This document shows, in pieces, positions 1 to 9,100 of a stretch of 64,000 nt of DNA. Where the stretch lies: the NCBI GenBank assembly GCA_029858305.1, contig JAOUFI010000003.1, forward strand, positions 1 to 64,000, read 5' to 3'. The notes under the pieces were generated by a model. That model had not been told where the DNA came from. It did no database searches and saw only the letters and a program-made list of their open reading frames with translations. Position 1 is the stretch's first letter. Every line of letters starts with the position of its first letter. The stretch is from Candidatus Thorarchaeota archaeon (GTDB lineage: Archaea > Asgardarchaeota > Thorarchaeia > Thorarchaeales > Thorarchaeaceae). Both the position numbers and the translations under genes were made by a program.

Positions 1-378
1 GAAGAATCCTAGCTCTGCATTGAACTGACCCCACCAAAATTGGATACTGTGGAGACGAGACATTTCCATCATGATGGTTCTCATGATTTTAGCACGCTCT
101 GGTACCTCGAGTTCAGCTATTTTCTCAACTGCAGCGACATAGGGATATTCAGCTAAAAACGCCTCGAGCATGCACATCCGTTCAAGTACAAGTGCTCCCT
201 GCCTGAAGTTCTTGTATTCTAGAACCTTCTCAGCAGAACGATGGAAGTACCCAGCATTCGGATCACATTCAACTACATAGTCACCAACCAGCGTCAGTTT
301 TGTTGCCCATCCATGTGCGCTGACATGCTGTGGTCCGAACCAGATTTCCATTGCTTCATCAAGTATGTCAGGACTCAC
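1..378 (-). CDS. nuoD: Complex I/MBS-like catalytic subunit D (NuoD/MbxL family), N-terminal part; runs off window start
   Basis: Not in the ORF track. Manual translation from GTG at 378, overlapping the nuoC stop: MSPDILDEAMEIWFGPQHVSAHGW...NAGYFHRSAEKVLEY...LERMCMLEAF...EVPERAKIMRTIMMEMSRLHS. The GPQH, G-x-x-HR-x-x-EK and VPERA motifs are typical of NuoD. Confidence 0.9.
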   Translation of the reverse strand, partial: MSPDILDEAMEIWFGPQHVSAHGWATKLTLVGDYVVECDPNAGYFHRSAEKVLEYKNFRQGALVLERMCMLEAFLAEYPYVAAVEKIAELEVPERAKIMRTIMMEMSRLHSIQFWWGQFNAELGFF

Positions 379-902
379 TCGCTTTCGCCTCCTGTCTTTG
401 GTCTCGCTTTTGGTGGAGTGATACCTGCTTCATCCAGCCTGCTTTGGTCAGTCTGGAATCTTTTGCGGAGAGGAAACACACCTGCAAGCTCATCTGGGAG
501 AAGCAATAATCGAGGGTCGGGATGATTCTTGAAGTCGATTCCAAACATCTCACGAGTTTCTCGTTCATGCCATTCAAAACCTGGAAAGATGTCACAAGTA
601 CTATCAATCTCAGGTCGCTCTCCTTCCAGAGAAACTCTCAACTGCAGTAACATTCGATTGGAGTGAGACCAAAAGATGTAGATTAGTTCGTATTTGTCAT
701 TTTCAAGATCGATACCAAAGATTGACTCGGGCAAAGCGTCATGAACATTCTCATCAATCATGGTCACGATATCACGAATTATGTTGGAAGGCACTGCAAG
801 CTCGATCTCATTCGCTCCCAAAGGTCTTGATGCAACCTCAGGATGCTTATTGATGATCTGTCTTGCGAGAGTTGAAGCTGTGATGCTGGTTGTTTCTGAC
901 AA
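375..902 (-). CDS. nuoC: NADH-quinone oxidoreductase subunit C-like
   Basis: C-terminal motif WHERETREMFGIDFKNHPDPRLLLLP...FPLRK. Start placed at TTG 902, just after the nuoK stop; the ORF track extends it to 950. Confidence 0.9.
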   Translation of the reverse strand: MSETTSITASTLARQIINKHPEVASRPLGANEIELAVPSNIIRDIVTMIDENVHDALPESIFGIDLENDKYELIYIFWSHSNRMLLQLRVSLEGERPEIDSTCDIFPGFEWHERETREMFGIDFKNHPDPRLLLLPDELAGVFPLRKRFQTDQSRLDEAGITPPKARPKTGGESE

Positions 903-903
903 T

Positions 904-1215
904 TTATTGACCCTCCATCTCCACTGATGTACCGAGGTCAACTGAGCCATATCGGCGGTTGTACATCAACATCAGGACCATTGCTAGAGCAGTATGTGCT
1001 GCAGCAACAGAGATTACAAGGATGATAAGTCCCTGACCAGTGAATGAAAACGCGGGATTAAACAGAGCAATAGCAACAATTGCAATCATGACTCCATTAC
1101 CCATTATTTCAGCTCCAATCAGGATTCTGATGAGGTTTCTTTTCACCATCATCCCATATCCACCTAAACCAATTAGCATGAACGCTAGTACTAGATACCA
1201 AGAAAGAGGAACCAT
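904..1215 (-). CDS. nuoK: NADH-quinone oxidoreductase subunit K-like
   Basis: 103 aa, 3 TM helices, KRNLIRILIGAEIM motif. Confidence 0.88.
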   Translation of the reverse strand: MVPLSWYLVLAFMLIGLGGYGMMVKRNLIRILIGAEIMGNGVMIAIVAIALFNPAFSFTGQGLIILVISVAAAHTALAMVLMLMYNRRYGSVDLGTSVEMEGQ

Positions 1216-1862
1216 TATTCATCAACCTCCTTCGGTTCAGGGACAGACTGCCCATCTTCAGCGCTTTGCAAGTCATCAATTAATACTGGTTTAGCTTCTA
1301 CTCCGAACTCTCCTGTGATGGCACCGAGCTGCTCGGCTTTGTCCATTCTCAACAGCGATATAGCACCAACTAATGATGTAATCATAATCAATGCAATCAT
1401 CTGCACATAGATGCCATTCTCAAACCATAGCCACTGTGCAAGACCATTCAAATCTTGAGAGATACTGACAAAGGCCTCATTGAAGGATTCTGCCCAAGGA
1501 AAGAGAACTGCAAGAAATCCGGTCATCACGGTTACTACGACAGCAATAACAAGGCTGATCTGACGAGCTCTGGGTGTGGCGAACTTTTCAAGAGTTGAGT
1601 CTTGTGCTCTTGGTAGTAGTAGAACTGCAAAGATAATCAGAGTACTGATGCCTCCAGTATACACTGCGATTTGCATACCTGCAATGAAAGGTGCTTCAAG
1701 AAGGAGAAAGAATCCTGCCACAAATGATGCCATAAAACCAAAGAAAAATGCGGCGTAAACAATCTCCTTGTGCTCTAGAGCAAGATATGCGAGCACTAGC
1801 ACAATGCCTGCCAAGAGTAGGAACTCTATCTGTTCAAAGAGTGCTGGATCAAATCCTTGCAT
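1215..1862 (-). CDS. nuoJ: NADH-quinone oxidoreductase subunit J-like
   Basis: 5 TM helices, LEAPFIAGMQIAVYTGGI motif, adjacent to nuoK. Confidence 0.88.
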   Translation of the reverse strand: MQGFDPALFEQIEFLLLAGIVLVLAYLALEHKEIVYAAFFFGFMASFVAGFFLLLEAPFIAGMQIAVYTGGISTLIIFAVLLLPRAQDSTLEKFATPRARQISLVIAVVVTVMTGFLAVLFPWAESFNEAFVSISQDLNGLAQWLWFENGIYVQMIALIMITSLVGAISLLRMDKAEQLGAITGEFGVEAKPVLIDDLQSAEDGQSVPEPKEVDE

Positions 1863-1864
1863 GA

Positions 1865-2332
1865 TTAATGACCTCCTGTAGGATATTGTTCTTTTTCTCG
1901 TTCAGCTTTAGCTCTCCTGTATACATCTAGAGTTTCTTTTCCATCAAGGAATGAGCGTGGAATCATTTTCATGACAAAACCAACTCCACCCATTACTATG
2001 AGAATAAACACAACAACCTGCCAAACAACCTCATACTTGGTTGCATTAGCCCACAAAAGGGTAGAAGAGGATAGCAGCCAAAGGAACGCTCCCATTACGT
2101 CAATGACGACAAACAGTACGGTGTAAACGAAATAATTGTACGGATACGATATGCGTGCAGGACCTACTGGTTCCTCACCACATTCGTATGTTGAAGTCTT
2201 CTCGGAGTTTTGAAGCACATGCGGTCTCAACACCCATGAGGCTAGTAGCATTATAATGACAAGAGCCATCGCAAGTAGCGCCCAAATTATAACCGGAATG
2301 AAATCTAGAAACAATCTACTAGTTTGCATCAT
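1865..2332 (-). CDS. nuoA: NADH-quinone oxidoreductase subunit A-like
   Basis: KTSTYECGEEP loop and 3 TM helices. Confidence 0.9.
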   Translation of the reverse strand: MMQTSRLFLDFIPVIIWALLAMALVIIMLLASWVLRPHVLQNSEKTSTYECGEEPVGPARISYPYNYFVYTVLFVVIDVMGAFLWLLSSSTLLWANATKYEVVWQVVVFILIVMGGVGFVMKMIPRSFLDGKETLDVYRRAKAEREKEQYPTGGH

Positions 2333-2684
2333 AGTTTGAAACCATCCTCTGAAAAGATTCCTATTGTTCTAACGCTTGCGCAGGACCTTACACGGTGATT
2401 ATTGAAGATACCTGTGGAATAGGCCATATCGAGTAGATTCCTGTTTTCAGTCATAGGATTCATCCTGCGCTAGCTGTGTCTCCGTCATTCCAGACCGTAT
2501 CCGCCAGATGATAAATCTTCATGATTCTTAACTTAGCATCATCACAGATTTTGGCCTACAATGTACATTGAAACTTACCGGCTTAGAAAAGTTGCATGAT
2601 AAAAACACTTCGGGAAACCGCTCAAAGAAGTTATATACTACAAGGTTTCGAAGAACAACTCGATACATGTATCCACGATTGTAG

Positions 2685-3050
2685 GTGATTTATTTGACCC
2701 GTGGTGAAGAAGGAACATTCTTCTATTATCTGGCGCTCTTACTAGGGATGGCTCTATTAGGAGCCTACTTATGGAATATTTTGACAACGACATTGGCTCC
2801 TCAATACATGTTCTTCCACTGGATCCTTGTCATGAGTTGCATACTACTCATCACAACTGCTTTTGGATTCGTTGCAGCCAACACACGATCAAGTAGGATA
2901 TCTCTAACAATGATATCTGGAGTAGTAGGTGGTATTCATGCCTATCTCATCTTTGTGCTATTTGATTTGATAATGGGAATTATTCTGTTCGCATGGATGG
3001 CTTTAGGACTTCTGGTTGCATTCGCTGCATTTAACTGGATTTACGAATAA
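2685..3050 (+). CDS. Hypothetical 4-TM membrane protein
   Basis: 121 aa hydrophobic ORF with a GTAGGTGA SD-like sequence at its start, between the nuo operon and the NuoB-fusion operon. Confidence 0.65.
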   Translation: MIYLTRGEEGTFFYYLALLLGMALLGAYLWNILTTTLAPQYMFFHWILVMSCILLITTAFGFVAANTRSSRISLTMISGVVGGIHAYLIFVLFDLIMGIILFAWMALGLLVAFAAFNWIYE

Positions 3051-3060
3051 GTCATTACGT

Positions 3061-3603
3061 CTATTCGTTCGAAGACTCAGATGGAGTATCAGCGGATTCA
3101 CTGGACTCCTCAGATTTTACCTCGGCTTCAGGCGCAGCTTCCACAATTGGCTCAGGCTCGGGCTCAGGCTCAGGACCATAGTGTAGCTTACTAGTATCCA
3201 AGATACCGGGTGAGTAGCTCTCTTCACTAGTATGCATTATTGCAAAGCCTGCAGCAGTAAGGATTGATCCTCCAAGACCCCATGCAGATAGATAGAGTGT
3301 GGTTCCAGCTGCTGGAAGAGCTGTCACAAACTGGTCAATGAAGACGACGAAGAAAAAGCCAGCCAGAACAGATAGGGACATCATTAGGTTTTTTCCTTTT
3401 CCTTTCTCGGGTCTGAAGTACCCAATCAATAGGAAGACCATAAGAATGGAAACGCCACCCAGAAGAGTGAAGGCACTTCCAATTACAATTGCTGAAGCTG
3501 GCATCATGAACCCGAGATATACAAAGTTGAAGATGAATGATGTCAGAATAATGAGACCGAGCCAAAGCAGACAATATGGATCACTATCTTGCCGGATTGC
3601 CAT
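3061..3603 (-). CDS. Hypothetical 4-TM membrane protein with Pro/Glu-rich acidic tail
   Basis: Start overlaps the stop of the 3603..5543 gene; four hydrophobic segments; PEPEPEPEP tail. Confidence 0.7.
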   Translation of the reverse strand: MAIRQDSDPYCLLWLGLIILTSFIFNFVYLGFMMPASAIVIGSAFTLLGGVSILMVFLLIGYFRPEKGKGKNLMMSLSVLAGFFFVVFIDQFVTALPAAGTTLYLSAWGLGGSILTAAGFAIMHTSEESYSPGILDTSKLHYGPEPEPEPEPIVEAAPEAEVKSEESSESADTPSESSNE

Positions 3604-5543
3604 TACTGCATCATCCCCATCGCATCTTGATTCTCATATCTTTGTTGCCAGTGAGTCGTCCCAGCTCGTATCTTGTTCTGCAAAATCAGGTGTGCTCGGA
3701 TAAAGTCCGCGGGTTTGGGAGGACATCCGGGGAGATAGACATCGACTGGTACAATTTTGTCAGGAGGTGTTGCCAAGCTGTATCCTTCCCAGAAGAGCCC
3801 CCCGGAGGCAACACATTGACCGAAGGCAATGACATACTTGGGCTCTGGCATCTGTTCATAGATTCTCCTGAGTCGTGGTGCCATCTTCTTTGTGAGAGAG
3901 CCTGAGATCCATAGGACATCAGTCTGTCTTGGGCCAAACAGAGGTAGCATTCCGAACCTCTCAAAGTCCCATCGAGGGGCGATTCCTGCGGCACCATCCA
4001 CCATGCAGCATCCTATTCCATACTGCATTGGCCAAGGACTATGTGCCCTTCCCCATCTAAGCACCCATTTCAGCGGGGGTACATTCTGCAGCCATTTCAA
4101 GAGGATTGGCGCAATTCGGCCCCAACCATTCCTGAATAGGTCGAAGAAGACCCACATGAAGTACTTGCCGATTCTTAATATGAAAGGAAGCCAGTAAGCA
4201 AATATCTTTCCAGGATTCGAAATCTCCTTCTTATCCCATTCTAGCTTCGCAGCTCGAATTCGAGATAAACGCTGCTTTCCAAAGTACTGATTTGCGTAGT
4301 TTGCAAACCAGATTCCTGTTGAGTGCACATGGCCCCCGTGACGTTGTGCAATTTTGAATATGACAAAGCTCTGTGACCAGGAGAGCATGAAGAAGTGCCG
4401 TCGCTCATCCTCCAGAAAGTATCCCATCATCGTCACGCCAGTCTTCGAGTTAACATAGCCATCAATTCCAGCTCTTGCAGAGGCTTGTTCAAATTGAAAG
4501 TCGTCAAGGATTGCGGCAAGGTTCTCTAGAGGTGCAAATGCCTGACCGACAACTAGTGTTGGACCTTTCTTTTTGATCTTCATGGGATAGTATCGCTCAT
4601 GCCATTCATGATCTGCAACTTCATCATCGTAAACGCGTCCACGATACATCTCAGTGACTTCGCGTACGACTCTCAGTCCCTCTTCAATCTCTTCCTCATT
4701 ACCTTCATATGCAACCATCAATGAACAATGGTGAGCAGGAATCGGGAATGGCTTCTTGCCCTCCCAGATAGCCTTCTTGAGGTCTGTGTATTTTGATTCT
4801 TCGAATTTTATCGTGTAGGGAATTGGTCCATCTTCAAGGATCTTCTCAATCGCAAGGACCATCTGATAATTCTCTTCAAAGCTGGAAACTATGACTTTCA
4901 TCGGCGTTAGAGTTTTGATCTTAATAGTAGCCTTAGTGATTATACCCAAAATTCCCTCAGTATCGCAAAAGAGGTCGAGATCTTTCGTCTTGACTATTTT
5001 TCCAGTTGGCAAAACAACTTCTAATTTAACGACGTTCTTATTGATGTTCCCGTATTTCAAAGAACCAATGCCATCGCCACCTTGGGCAATCCAACCACCC
5101 ACAGTTGCCGATACACCAGATGAGGGATAACATCGTACATCAAGACCTTGCCTATTCAACTCGAATTGAAGATTAGCCCATGATATCCCGGGCTCAACTG
5201 TGACAGTCAAATTCTCACTATCAACTTCGAGTATCTTATTCATACTGCGCAAATCAACGATGATTCCACCCTTGCGCGGAATGGCACCACCATAACCAGA
5301 TGTCCCAGCTGCTCGGGGAACAAGAGGAATCTTGTACTTGCGCGCAATTTCGTAGAGTGTCTGTATCTCCTCAGGAGTCAGAGGCTGTGCTATGGCATCA
5401 GCCTTCGTGTTCATGAGCCAACCAACCTGCTTTGGGAGAGAACCAACATCTTGTCCAAACAAAATCAGTTCATGCTTCGCAGTAATCAGGCGGTCTCCAA
5501 AAACCTTCTCGAGTTCATTTTGTGCTATTTGCTTAAGGACCAT
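3603..5543 (-). CDS. Fusion: FAD-linked oxidase (GlcD/Dld-type) + NuoB Fe-S subunit
   Basis: N-terminal PRAAGTSGYGG, PSSGVSATVGGWIA and EGILGIITKA (FAD_binding_4 type). C-terminal GCCMVD, FERFG...PRQTD, SGSLTKKMAP, GQCVASGG and VDVYLPGCPP (NuoB). Confidence 0.92.
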   Translation of the reverse strand: MVLKQIAQNELEKVFGDRLITAKHELILFGQDVGSLPKQVGWLMNTKADAIAQPLTPEEIQTLYEIARKYKIPLVPRAAGTSGYGGAIPRKGGIIVDLRSMNKILEVDSENLTVTVEPGISWANLQFELNRQGLDVRCYPSSGVSATVGGWIAQGGDGIGSLKYGNINKNVVKLEVVLPTGKIVKTKDLDLFCDTEGILGIITKATIKIKTLTPMKVIVSSFEENYQMVLAIEKILEDGPIPYTIKFEESKYTDLKKAIWEGKKPFPIPAHHCSLMVAYEGNEEEIEEGLRVVREVTEMYRGRVYDDEVADHEWHERYYPMKIKKKGPTLVVGQAFAPLENLAAILDDFQFEQASARAGIDGYVNSKTGVTMMGYFLEDERRHFFMLSWSQSFVIFKIAQRHGGHVHSTGIWFANYANQYFGKQRLSRIRAAKLEWDKKEISNPGKIFAYWLPFILRIGKYFMWVFFDLFRNGWGRIAPILLKWLQNVPPLKWVLRWGRAHSPWPMQYGIGCCMVDGAAGIAPRWDFERFGMLPLFGPRQTDVLWISGSLTKKMAPRLRRIYEQMPEPKYVIAFGQCVASGGLFWEGYSLATPPDKIVPVDVYLPGCPPKPADFIRAHLILQNKIRAGTTHWQQRYENQDAMGMMQ

Positions 5544-6119
5544 GAGTCCACTCTCCAGCTCATGAACAGAGCCGCTAGTATTCTGAGGCTGGGAAAGTAG
5601 TAAGATAAAAACCTAACGAGGCAGTGAAAATACTTCTGAGATTTCATTATGTTGAAAGAACAGCACTTTATCTTCGAAATATCTGAGAGCTCTATGGAGT
5701 TATTTACAAAATGAGATGATGTATAGAATGTCATGAAGATGATAAGCTACACTCATACTCACTGTTGAGATGTTGTGGTTACGTCTTGAAACTTACTAAA
5801 TTTTTCAAAATATCTTTAAAAAGGCCTCAAAAGTGGTCAACCCCCTAGTCCTGCATTTGTTACACCAGTTACACATGTTGTAGGTACATGGGCAGTCATC
5901 ATAGTTGTTGGTATTCTAATTTCAGAGATTCTTGTCAGGAAAGGAAAATGGTAACACTGTTCAACCGATATCAAAAATGGTTTTAGTCTGTTATAGCATG
6001 TAGCTATATTAATTTCAGAGTATAGCAATTCATTACTTACTGAGATATAAGCAGTGTATTTTCGTTTCATTTTGTAATTTAGATGATTCAATATTCGAGT
6101 GCGATCTGGTGATTGAAAT

Positions 6120-9100
6120 ATGAAGACCTCTAATAAACTAACAATTACCATTGTTCTTTCTGTTTTCATCATTTTAATTGCTGGAGCCTACTCAGCGGCA
6201 GGCCAACCGAGTCGAACCAGTGAATGTGCACCATGTCATACCCTCGACCTGGTTCATATGACGATTTCATCGAACGCAACCGGAACAGTCGATGCCAAAG
6301 TGGGAAACCAATTCTCGTTAATCATTAATGCGGCATCACTTGATACAAATCCACAAACAGGAAGTATGGCTGTTAAAGTCTATAGTGGATGGGCTGATAA
6401 CAGTCAGTTCTCATTCACAGACCCGTTGCTAGTAATCGATAATGGAGCTGGAGATTCAAACTCGAATAGCGTTCAGATAACTACCACGTTCACATTTACG
6501 CCCCTGGCAGTTGGTACATGGACACTTAGAATCTGGACAGCCGCGTCCCAAGGTGATTCAGGAAGAATATCTCAAAAGCTTGATGTAACAGTATCGGTCA
6601 CACTCTCAGATTCTACTCCACCAACAATCGACAGTCCAATAGACATGATAATCGATGAAGGAGATAATACAAAGAACATTACCTGGAGCCCGTCTGATGC
6701 AAATCCAAGCAGCTATCAAGTTTTTGATGATTCTGTGTCATGGCAGAGTGGGCCCTGGGATGGATCGACTATAACTGTACAGCTTGGTTCACTCGGATTA
6801 GGGACCCACAACATCACTCTTGCTGTGTGGGATGCAGCTGGAAACTCGGCATCAGATCAAGTAGATGTGACAGTTCTCGATGGAACGTCACCTAGCATTA
6901 ACAGTCCAGCAAATGTGACTTACAGCGAGGGTTCCTCCGGATACTCAATAACATGGGATCCAACTGATACCCATCCATCAAGTTACGTAATCTATCGAGA
7001 TGGAGTGTCTGTCAAATCAGGGACTTGGAATGCTAGTATCGAAACAATTTCTGTTTCAGTTGATAGCCTCGCAGTTGGCACGTACAACTACACAATTGTT
7101 GTATCAGACGTAGGAACGAACACCATTGCTGACACAGTGTATGTCATAGTATATGATGGGACATTCCCCACAATCGATAATCCTGCAGATGTAACCTATG
7201 ATGAAGGTGATACAGGATACAGCATCACTTGGAACCCCGCCGACTTGAATCCGGTTAGTTATATCATTTACAAAGACGCAGTACCAGTGAAATCAGGTTC
7301 CTGGAACTCGAGTGCAGAATCCATCAGCATCATAGTTGATGGCCTTGCTGTTGGAAACTACAGTTATGTATTGGAGGTGACTGATATCGGATCTCTTACT
7401 GCGTCGGACCTAGTTTTGGTCATTGTTTCTGATGGGACTCTACCGACAATTAATAGTCCAATCGATATAACATTAAACGAAGGAGTAATAGGATACTCTA
7501 TTACTTGGAACCCGACAGATCTGAATCCACAAAACTACACAATCTACAGAGATGGAGTTCCTGTAAAATCAGGCCTTTGGAACTCTAGTGGTGAGTCAAT
7601 CTCAATTTCAGTTGATGGTCTCGCAATGGGTTCATATACATACCTGATTATTGTTGAGGATGTTGGACATAATCCAGCAACAGATTCAGTTCTTGTCACT
7701 GTAGTTGACGCAACAGATCCTACAATTGATACTCCAATTGACCAAAATGTAGTTGAGGGATCAAGTGGTAATCAAATCACCTGGAGTCCTTATGACCTTC
7801 ACCCATCATCTTATCAAATCTATCGTGAACATGTACTTGTCAAATCTGGAACATGGAATAGCAGTTCAGAAACAATCACATTCTCGGTTGATGGACTCAC
7901 ATTGGGAGTCTACAATGTTACAATAGTTGTATTTGACACAACATCAAGAAAAGCTATTGATACTGTTTTTATCACGGTCTATGATGGAACACCACCAATT
8001 GTTGATCATCCAGCTGACATTGACTATCCAGATGGTGACATAGGATATTCAATCACCTGGTCCCCTACAGACCTGCATCCAGTAAGCTATCAGATTTTGC
8101 GAGAGGGCGTGCAGGTGAAATCGGGTATGTGGAACTCTTCGAGTGAAACAATATTCATATCTGTTGACTGGCTTTCTATTGGATCTTACAACTACACGAT
8201 TGTTCTCGTTGACATCGGTGGCAACATAGTACTTGATGAAGTCATTGTTACGGTGTATAACGCAGACTTACCAACTATTAATCATCCCACCAACCAGACC
8301 ATTTCTGAAGGAGCTGCTGGTCTTTTAGTGATTTGGAAGCCATTAGACCTCAATCCCTCTTCATATGCAATATACAAAGACGGAGTTCTCGTCAAGTCTG
8401 GAGCGTGGAACTCAAGTGCTGAAACAATCAGCATTTCACTCGATGGATTATCTCTGGGCGAGTATAACTTTACTGCCTTGGTTACTGACCTAGACAGCAA
8501 TACAGCGAGTGATACAGTGTGGGTCACTGTCGTTGATGGTACACCTCCTGTTCTTAATCATCCAAACGACATCACGTACGATGAAGGAAGTCCTGGAGGA
8601 ACCCTAACTTGGATTCCAACAGACTTGCATCCTGTGAGTTATACGATCTACTTCGAAGGGTCTCCAGTGAAATCCGGTCTCTGGAACTCTAGTGGTGAAT
8701 CTATCTCGATATCAGTCGATGGACACCTAGTTGGAGGTTATAATTACACAATAAGAGTCGTGGATGTTGATGGAAACATTGACACTGATACAGTGTTCGT
8801 CTATGTGATGGATGGCACACTTCCAACAATCGATACTCCAAGTGATATTAATTATAATGAGGGTGAAGCAGGAGGAACAATCACTTGGGATCCTGCAGAC
8901 TCATATCCAGCGAGCTATGAAATCTTTAGAAATGATGTTCTTGTGAAATCTGGCTTATGGAACCTAACATCAGAAACTATCTCAATATCTGTGACTGGAC
9001 TATCTGTTGGATCTTACAATTTCACAATATTAGTATACGACGTGGGAAGTAATTCTGTTCTAGACACGGTATGGGTCACAGTATCCGATGCAACACTTCC

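Noticed and set aside
1-378. Group 4 [NiFe] hydrogenase large subunit
   Set aside because: The N-terminal Ni-binding RxCxxC motif is absent (RMCMLE), and the partner small subunit has the complex-I-type tandem CC
2329-2463. 44-codon ORF (MNPMTENRNLL...GFKL) ending in an ATGA overlap with nuoA, a possible leader peptide
   Set aside because: No recognisable motif or SD; an ORF of this length arises readily by chance
5525-6172. ORFs 5525..5734 and 5837..6172 on the minus strand
   Set aside because: They lie in an AT-rich divergent promoter region or overlap real gene starts; composition is not protein-like
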